A DNA stretch of 64,000 bases, taken from contig JACPGJ010000008.1 of assembly GCA_016182555.1 (NCBI GenBank), positions 156,272 to 220,271 on the forward strand, written 5' to 3'. Positions 59,165-64,000 of the stretch are shown here, one piece after another. Below the pieces are notes generated by a model that saw nothing but the letters and a program-made list of their open reading frames with translations, was not told the DNA's origin and ran no database searches. Each line of letters starts with the position of its first letter. The stretch's first letter is position 1. The translations under genes and the position numbers were made by a program. Source of the DNA: Candidatus Kerfeldbacteria bacterium (lineage in GTDB: Bacteria; Patescibacteriota; Patescibacteriia; UBA9570; XYC2-FULL-38-9).

Positions 59165-59392
59165 TTATCCAATATACGTAAACCGTGGAACCCGCTTTCC
59201 ATCAACTGTCACCAACTCGCAAAACATACTTTTTGTTCTCACCCATAATGCATTCTCTCCGAAATCTGGTGATTCATACAATGCACGATACACAACCATT
59301 TCTTCCAATGTTTCACTGTGACGCGCAATACCAATCACTTCATATATTTTGCCTTTGTAATGTTGATATGTTCCCAAAACAACTTCTTGCAT
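59165..59392 (-). CDS. DUF1653-like small protein
   Basis: YQHYKGKIYEVIGIARHSETLEEMVVYRALYESPDFGENALWVRTKSMFCELVTVDGKRVPRF; start set to internal Met at 59390-59392. Confidence 0.55.
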   Translation of the reverse strand: MQEVVLGTYQHYKGKIYEVIGIARHSETLEEMVVYRALYESPDFGENALWVRTKSMFCELVTVDGKRVPRFTYIG

Positions 59393-59397
59393 AAATA

Positions 59398-59670
59398 TTA
59401 TATATTGTATTTCCGTACCCACCACTTCTTGATAGCTGGAAGAGATTGTGTTGATAAAAAATATCCAACCACTGGAATCAACGCATTCAAATATACACGC
59501 TGCACTCCAATAATCCACATAACAAACGCAGCCACCACATAGGTAATTGCACATATCGAAAACACGCGGAACCAACTGGTCTCCCACGCTTTGTCTGCTT
59601 CCACTCGTTTGTTGCGTTTTTCAATTTTTTGAATTCGCTCTTCAAATTGTTGAATGATAGGTTCGTTCAT
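59398..59670 (-). CDS. Small membrane protein (2 TM)
   Basis: 90 aa, Lys/Glu-rich N-terminus then two hydrophobic helices; ends 6 nt before the DUF1653 start. Confidence 0.45.
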   Translation of the reverse strand: MNEPIIQQFEERIQKIEKRNKRVEADKAWETSWFRVFSICAITYVVAAFVMWIIGVQRVYLNALIPVVGYFLSTQSLPAIKKWWVRKYNI

Positions 59671-59690
59671 ATAGATATTATAGTTCTTTG

Positions 59691-60323
59691 TTATTTACTG
59701 CTTTCTGTGACAGCATACTGCACAATCTTATGCGCCAGTAAAAACTCTTTTATCTTCAAAAATATTTTTTTATGCCCATTGGAATTGGGGTGTAGACCAT
59801 CGTCGAGGTCATGTACTTCTAATACATCAAGCAAATGTACAAACGGTAATGTATATTCGGCACTCACTTTTTCGATAACCGAATTATATTTTGCGATAGT
59901 ATCGTTATCATAATACTTTTCTTCTGTTGACCATGGTATTGGCATAACTTTCAATTCATCAACTGTGTTCAGTCCGATAAAAACAATCTTGTCAGAAAAA
60001 TTTTTTGCCAGGTGTATTAATTTCATCAAGTTATCTTGAAACTTATCCAAAGATATACGCGGATTATCTTTCGTCTTGATATATTGTGAATCGTTTATCC
60101 CTATTGCAAAAATGATGATTTGCGGTTCACGTGCGGCACATTCAACGGTAAATCTTTCGAGCAAGTAGTCAGTATTATCGCCAGACACACCATTATTGTA
60201 AACCGTAATATCATAATCGTTCATTTCAAAATACCGTCGTAATTGAGCCACCCAGCCTCCATATTCAGAATCGGCAGCACCCCACGTTATACTATCGCCA
60301 AATATACACATTGTTTGTTCCAT
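59691..60323 (-). CDS. GDSL/SGNH lipolytic-type hydrolase
   Basis: Block I IFGDSITWG, block III GINDS, block V DGLHPNSNGH. Confidence 0.85.
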   Translation of the reverse strand: MEQTMCIFGDSITWGAADSEYGGWVAQLRRYFEMNDYDITVYNNGVSGDNTDYLLERFTVECAAREPQIIIFAIGINDSQYIKTKDNPRISLDKFQDNLMKLIHLAKNFSDKIVFIGLNTVDELKVMPIPWSTEEKYYDNDTIAKYNSVIEKVSAEYTLPFVHLLDVLEVHDLDDGLHPNSNGHKKIFLKIKEFLLAHKIVQYAVTESSK

Positions 60324-60364
60324 AGAATAAAAATGTTATGTAAAGGATATTACATTTCTACTAT

Positions 60365-60841
60365 TCATAGTGTAATCTTCTCGAATATTTTTTCCACCGT
60401 TTCTTCAACGGTGAGACTGCTATTATCAATTTCATATCCCGCATGAATTTTTGTTGTTACCATGTGTACAAATCTCGCAGAATCTTCGCCGTACACTGTT
60501 GTTCTTTGCGAATCTCGTTCGATACATTTTTCTACGTCAGAGATAAGAGAAAAAATAATGACGTCGTTATGAAACTTCTTCTACAAATCATCAATCTGTT
60601 CTTGATAATAAAAACAACCATCAATAACAAAACAATTACTGTTTTTACTCGCAATATCAAAAATGATTTCATTTGCTTTGAGAAAGCTCTCAAACGGTAT
60701 ACCTTCATCTCCGGCAAGATTATTGCTATCAATAATTTCATCTAACGATAAATATTCAGCATGAAGTTTTTGCGCAACAATTTTTGAAATTGTTGTTTTT
60801 CCAACTCCGAGAGGTCCTCGAATGACTATGAGCTTATTCAT
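60365..60841 (-). pseudogene. P-loop kinase gene interrupted by an in-frame TAG
   Basis: MNKLIVIRGPLGVGKTTISKIVAQKL...CFYYQEQIDDL*KKFHNDVIIFSLISDVEKCIERDSQRTTVYGEDSARFVHMVTTKIHAGYEIDNSSLTVEETVEKIFEKITL*; TAG at 60581-60583 is codon 87 of a 158-codon same-frame reading. Confidence 0.55.
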
Positions 60842-60880
60842 ATATATTTGCCTACCAATAATTCAATGATACTCCGTTTC

Positions 60881-61459
60881 CTATTGTAGAATCTTTTCCA
60901 ATAATTCAGGAAATTCTTCGGTTCCCATATCGTCTAAACAATAATGCCCTCGGCCTTGTAAGTTGATAATTTCACCACCCAGTGCTTCATGATACATGTC
61001 CAAACTTTTTTTACCGTCTTCTTTCTCATTGTTTGCAGTAAATAGAATGATTTTGTTTACCCTCCCCTGTATTGTCGCATCAATCGGATAGGTATAAAAA
61101 TCTCTGTCCGAACCCTTTCGTTTTCCTTGCGGAATTTTCCACGGTGCGACTAAAATAAGTTTAGCAATGTGCTTTTTTGTTTCACCAAGCCAGCGCACTA
61201 AAAATGAACAACCGCAACTATGTCCAATTAAAATTGTGTTTTCATCAACAACATATTTTTCAAATTCTGTTTTGAATTTTTCATAATCAGGTTGCCATGG
61301 CAAGGGCATGAGCGGAGTTTCTGTTTCTATGTTATTCGCAATCAAATTCTTTTTGATCCACGGTATCCAATGCTTATTGTAACTCGGATCTTTATCATCA
61401 GATGGGCATCCATGGATGATGATACATTTTTTTTTGACCATATTTACAGTATGTTTCAA
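60881..61459 (-). CDS. Alpha/beta-hydrolase serine esterase, YdeN/RBBP9-like
   Basis: IGHSCGCSF GHSxG nucleophile elbow; 192 aa compact hydrolase fold. Confidence 0.75.
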   Translation of the reverse strand: MKHTVNMVKKKCIIIHGCPSDDKDPSYNKHWIPWIKKNLIANNIETETPLMPLPWQPDYEKFKTEFEKYVVDENTILIGHSCGCSFLVRWLGETKKHIAKLILVAPWKIPQGKRKGSDRDFYTYPIDATIQGRVNKIILFTANNEKEDGKKSLDMYHEALGGEIINLQGRGHYCLDDMGTEEFPELLEKILQ

Positions 61460-61482
61460 CAGGGTTTGCTGATGTGCCGCAA

Positions 61483-61731
61483 TTACTTACGCTTATTATG
61501 CATGTTGTCCATGCAGTAGTTGTATACCCAAGCAAACAAATATCCACCGAAAAAACCAAGAACAATCATGACGATGAATGCGAAAAAAGAGCCGCCAGCT
61601 GTTTGCCCCATCATTCCGTATGTACCAAATCTTGAATAGCCCATCATACCCATGCCTCCTCTTAAAAGGATGCAAAGAGCACTAATGGTTGCTGCAGCAC
61701 ATCCAAAGGCACCTTTGTGTAAATGATTCAT
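61483..61731 (-). CDS. Small Gly/Met-rich membrane protein
   Basis: 82 aa, two predicted TM helices, GMGMMGYSRFGTYGMMGQTAGG segment. Confidence 0.4.
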   Translation of the reverse strand: MNHLHKGAFGCAAATISALCILLRGGMGMMGYSRFGTYGMMGQTAGGSFFAFIVMIVLGFFGGYLFAWVYNYCMDNMHNKRK

Positions 61732-61800
61732 ATAGTTTGTATTAAAAATAATCTTCTTTTATTGTATCATATTCACGCACCAAAAACAAAAAATTGGAAG

Positions 61801-62094
61801 CTAGGATTTCATTTTAAATGGTCGCTTATTGGCCTCTTGAAGAATTTTGAGCGTTGCATGCACTGAAAGGTTCTCACTCGGTAAGAGTACAAGTTTATCA
61901 TTGAGTCGATTCAGCAATGGACTTAAAAATTCATCCGCCCATGACGGTGACAATGTGAATATACCGGAAAAATCTATTTCCAGCTCTTCATCGGCAGATA
62001 ACTCGTGTAACGTTGGTTGAAACGCTTTAAACGCTTCGCTACCCAATTCTCGCGAGAGTAATGTTTTCCCAAATTTTTCTAGTTGTAATTTCAT
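61801..62094 (-). CDS. DUF4325 (STAS-like) domain protein
   Basis: 97 aa; LEIDFSGIFTLSPSWADEFLSPLL pattern typical of the STAS-like DUF4325. Confidence 0.5.
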   Translation of the reverse strand: MKLQLEKFGKTLLSRELGSEAFKAFQPTLHELSADEELEIDFSGIFTLSPSWADEFLSPLLNRLNDKLVLLPSENLSVHATLKILQEANKRPFKMKS

Positions 62095-62222
62095 ATATTT
62101 TTATTGACTCAATGAACTAGAATGCTATTTTTGCCAAACATCCACACTACTTAAATCTACACAAGTGACTTATAAATCTACTCAAAAAAATGATAATCTA
62201 ACTATAAAACACCTAAAAATAC

Positions 62223-63281
62223 TCATTTTTCAAAAAGTATTGTACCATTGATCAACCGCTGCGCATTTTTGTAGGCAAACTTTTCTTGTACAGCAGGATC
62301 CAACTGTGCAATAAATGCTCGACCATAATCAGCAATTCCTAAACCCACGTCTTTATGCAATGTCCAGGCCGCAATACCCCCGCGGTCGGTTCCCCACATA
62401 AACTGATTCGGATGCGCTTCAATAACATCTTTCCAGGTCGCTATATCTTGGGCAAGCAACGTTTCATAATCATCAATCTTTTCTAAAAAGCTCTCTTTCG
62501 TTTCACCTTGATGCAATAAATACTGATCGCCATATAAATCGTTCACGGTAAAATAGATATTCGTATACGAATCCATCAGGGTACCAATCTCCTTCTCGAC
62601 TTGCTCTCCATGAACAACGAAGTTGATGTCAGGATTTTGTGCAAGCGCCGTTGCCAAATGATCCAATTGATCTTCTCCCGGGTGAAAATAAACCAACATC
62701 TTGTGTTTACGCACAACAGGATAAATCTTTTGGAAAATTTGAGCATCTGGTGGAAACACATTTTCCGGATTTTCAGGAGTCACATACAACCCGATCTCAC
62801 CATAGCCTTGAAACAATCCCGGACGATCCTTTAAAAAACGTTTTAATTCTTTTGCAGTAACAGTTGGTACCCCAGAAGTCCCTCCTGGTGGATTAATAAA
62901 TCGCACAAATCGTTTTGGATATTTTTTCTTGGCGTTGTCTGCTGCTTTATAAAACGGTTCGTAGTCGGCATCGTTGACATAGACGGGGAAAAACGAAAAT
63001 GCAGAACGTGTCCCTTCATACTGTAATGTACACGCAATGTCATCCAAATTCATGTCTTTGCGCAAAACCGGATTCTCGTTTCCAGAATCTGTCGGCGGTG
63101 GAATATGCAGATGTGTATCAATCAACCGGCCTGTGTAGTATTGTTCGACTTTTCCTTTTGTGCCCGGGTACTGACATTTGGATTTGATCACTTCTTTACC
63201 AGCCTGAACAGGTATAAACAAACTGCTATTTGAAACAAGCAAGGTAAAAATAAAAATCACAAATAATACGTATCGTCTCAT
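62223..63281 (-). CDS. Secreted metal-dependent amidohydrolase-fold (TIM-barrel) protein
   Basis: Signal peptide; LIDTHLHIPPP metal-binding HxH start; later HPGED and HGE motifs consistent with amidohydrolase_2-like family. Confidence 0.55.
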   Translation of the reverse strand: MRRYVLFVIFIFTLLVSNSSLFIPVQAGKEVIKSKCQYPGTKGKVEQYYTGRLIDTHLHIPPPTDSGNENPVLRKDMNLDDIACTLQYEGTRSAFSFFPVYVNDADYEPFYKAADNAKKKYPKRFVRFINPPGGTSGVPTVTAKELKRFLKDRPGLFQGYGEIGLYVTPENPENVFPPDAQIFQKIYPVVRKHKMLVYFHPGEDQLDHLATALAQNPDINFVVHGEQVEKEIGTLMDSYTNIYFTVNDLYGDQYLLHQGETKESFLEKIDDYETLLAQDIATWKDVIEAHPNQFMWGTDRGGIAAWTLHKDVGLGIADYGRAFIAQLDPAVQEKFAYKNAQRLINGTILFEK

Positions 63282-63375
63282 ACCCCCATAATATTCTTCT
63301 AAAATTACTTGTCAATTTTTTAAAATACTGAAAAGCAAAATTTCGTGTGGAAAAGCAAATCCTTGGTTAAAATAT

Positions 63376-64000
63376 TTACGCAATTTGTTGTTTTAACACA
63401 TTCAACATTTTAGAGGTAATCTCACTATTGGTAATTTCTACTCGAGCAAGACACTGATTAGATGCATTCGAATAAGTAACAAAATAACATCTATTCTCAT
63501 CATCAATCTGAATTCCGTATGAATCGATCCAGGATGGAAGGGAAGGATCATTTTTTATTATCTCATCTAAATACTGTTGATAACTCCAATCACCAAAAAA
63601 ATTCAATTCACCTGTTTCCCACATGTTTAATGGACTATTTCTATGAAAAACGACTCTGGTTTTTTGAGATTCTACTGTACGTTGAGATAGTGCTTGAGAA
63701 AATATTGGTTCCAACGTCTCTATAAGCTGTTGAATAGTCATTTTAATATTTTTCTGAATACCGTGTGCCCTTAAATCATCAAATGCTTCTGGATGATCTG
63801 CATATAAAGAATGTAGTATCTCCTTGATTAATTCCGGTGAGCTAGGAAAGCTTTCTGATATTTTTGCCAGCACTGAGGCAAATATATACTCTTTATTTTG
63901 TGCAAAAAATTCTTGATATAACACCTGAATATCTTTGATTGGTAATACTGTTTCTTGCCAGCCTTGTCGAGCATCACTGGCACCAATGAGTACTGATTGA
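63376..64000 (-). CDS. Hypothetical protein, 5' end beyond window
   Basis: The listed 182-aa ORF begins at a GTG; the same frame continues without stop to position 64000 (…QSVLIGASDARQGWQETVLPIKDIQVLYQEFF…). Confidence 0.45.
   Translation of the reverse strand, partial: QSVLIGASDARQGWQETVLPIKDIQVLYQEFFAQNKEYIFASVLAKISESFPSSPELIKEILHSLYADHPEAFDDLRAHGIQKNIKMTIQQLIETLEPIFSQALSQRTVESQKTRVVFHRNSPLNMWETGELNFFGDWSYQQYLDEIIKNDPSLPSWIDSYGIQIDDENRCYFVTYSNASNQCLARVEITNSEITSKMLNVLKQQIA

Noticed and set aside
49904-60583. Possibility that the in-frame TGA (YbaK-like gene) and TAG (kinase) reflect an alternative genetic code (for example code 25, UGA=Gly)
   Set aside because: TGA terminates the well-supported P-type ATPase gene at 12424-12426 and TAG terminates udk at 5853-5855 at natural C-termini, and many ORFs of 800-1000 aa are uninterrupted under the standard code; so these are isolated nonsense codons, not recoding.
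1-64000. CRISPR arrays, rRNA or tRNA genes
   Set aside because: No short direct-repeat/spacer periodicity was seen, and none of the intergenic regions inspected by eye (for example 16264-16650, 17248-17512, 24308-24805, 27177-27361, 57221-57450, 58246-58565) contain tRNA-like T-loop/acceptor signatures; cannot be excluded without a dedicated scan.

Overview
The window is about 42% GC, densely packed bacterial DNA, coded mostly on the minus strand, with about 70 protein genes. I found no rRNA, tRNA or CRISPR array in the intergenic regions I could read by eye. The many small hypothetical proteins, beta-propeller and beta-helix surface proteins and decaying genes would suit an uncultured or reduced-genome bacterium, but that is not established from sequence alone.

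Recognisable housekeeping genes:
- translation and RNA metabolism: TypA/BipA, EngB, a DEAD-box helicase, two SpoU-family methyltransferases and an RRM protein
- DNA repair: MutY and a PIF1-type helicase
- stress and metabolism: MsrA, uridine kinase, a fused CoaD-CoaE (PPAT plus dephospho-CoA kinase), a SIS-type phosphoglucose/phosphomannose isomerase, type I asparaginase and FKBP
- transport: a P-type ATPase, a MacB/FtsX-like ABC pair, and a gliding-type ABC module with ATPase, fused GldF-GldG-like permease and DUF4340
- carbohydrate active: an overlapping GH5-like and GH1 glycoside hydrolase pair

Secreted and surface proteins:
- a CSLREA-motif beta-helix protein (3' end off the window)
- a 933 aa protein with CarbD-like and Fn3 domains
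- an Fn3 plus BNR-like propeller protein
- a PF09826-like beta-propeller protein
- a strongly acidic Asp/Glu-rich protein

Observations worth a second look:
- A 1003 aa MutS with domains I to V fused to a C-terminal HNH nuclease (MutS7-like).
- A tightly coupled minimal nucleotidyltransferase and zinc-ribbon NudC-like Nudix pair, sitting where a HEPN toxin normally sits.
- An ~0.9 kb patch of about 55% GC carrying one orphan gene with its own terminator and duplicated GCACGTGC palindromes upstream.
- A perfect sigma70-consensus promoter embedded in a palindrome and followed by a hairpin plus T8 in the typA leader.
- An accessory island at 50 to 61.5 kb of kinases, a GrpB fusion, hydrolases and methyltransferases. 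It and the adjacent YbaK-like gene at ~49.9 kb hold three decayed genes: that YbaK-like gene with an in-frame TGA, a P-loop kinase with an in-frame TAG, and a frameshifted, truncated MazG-like remnant.

Intact genes end on TGA and TAG, so the standard genetic code applies.
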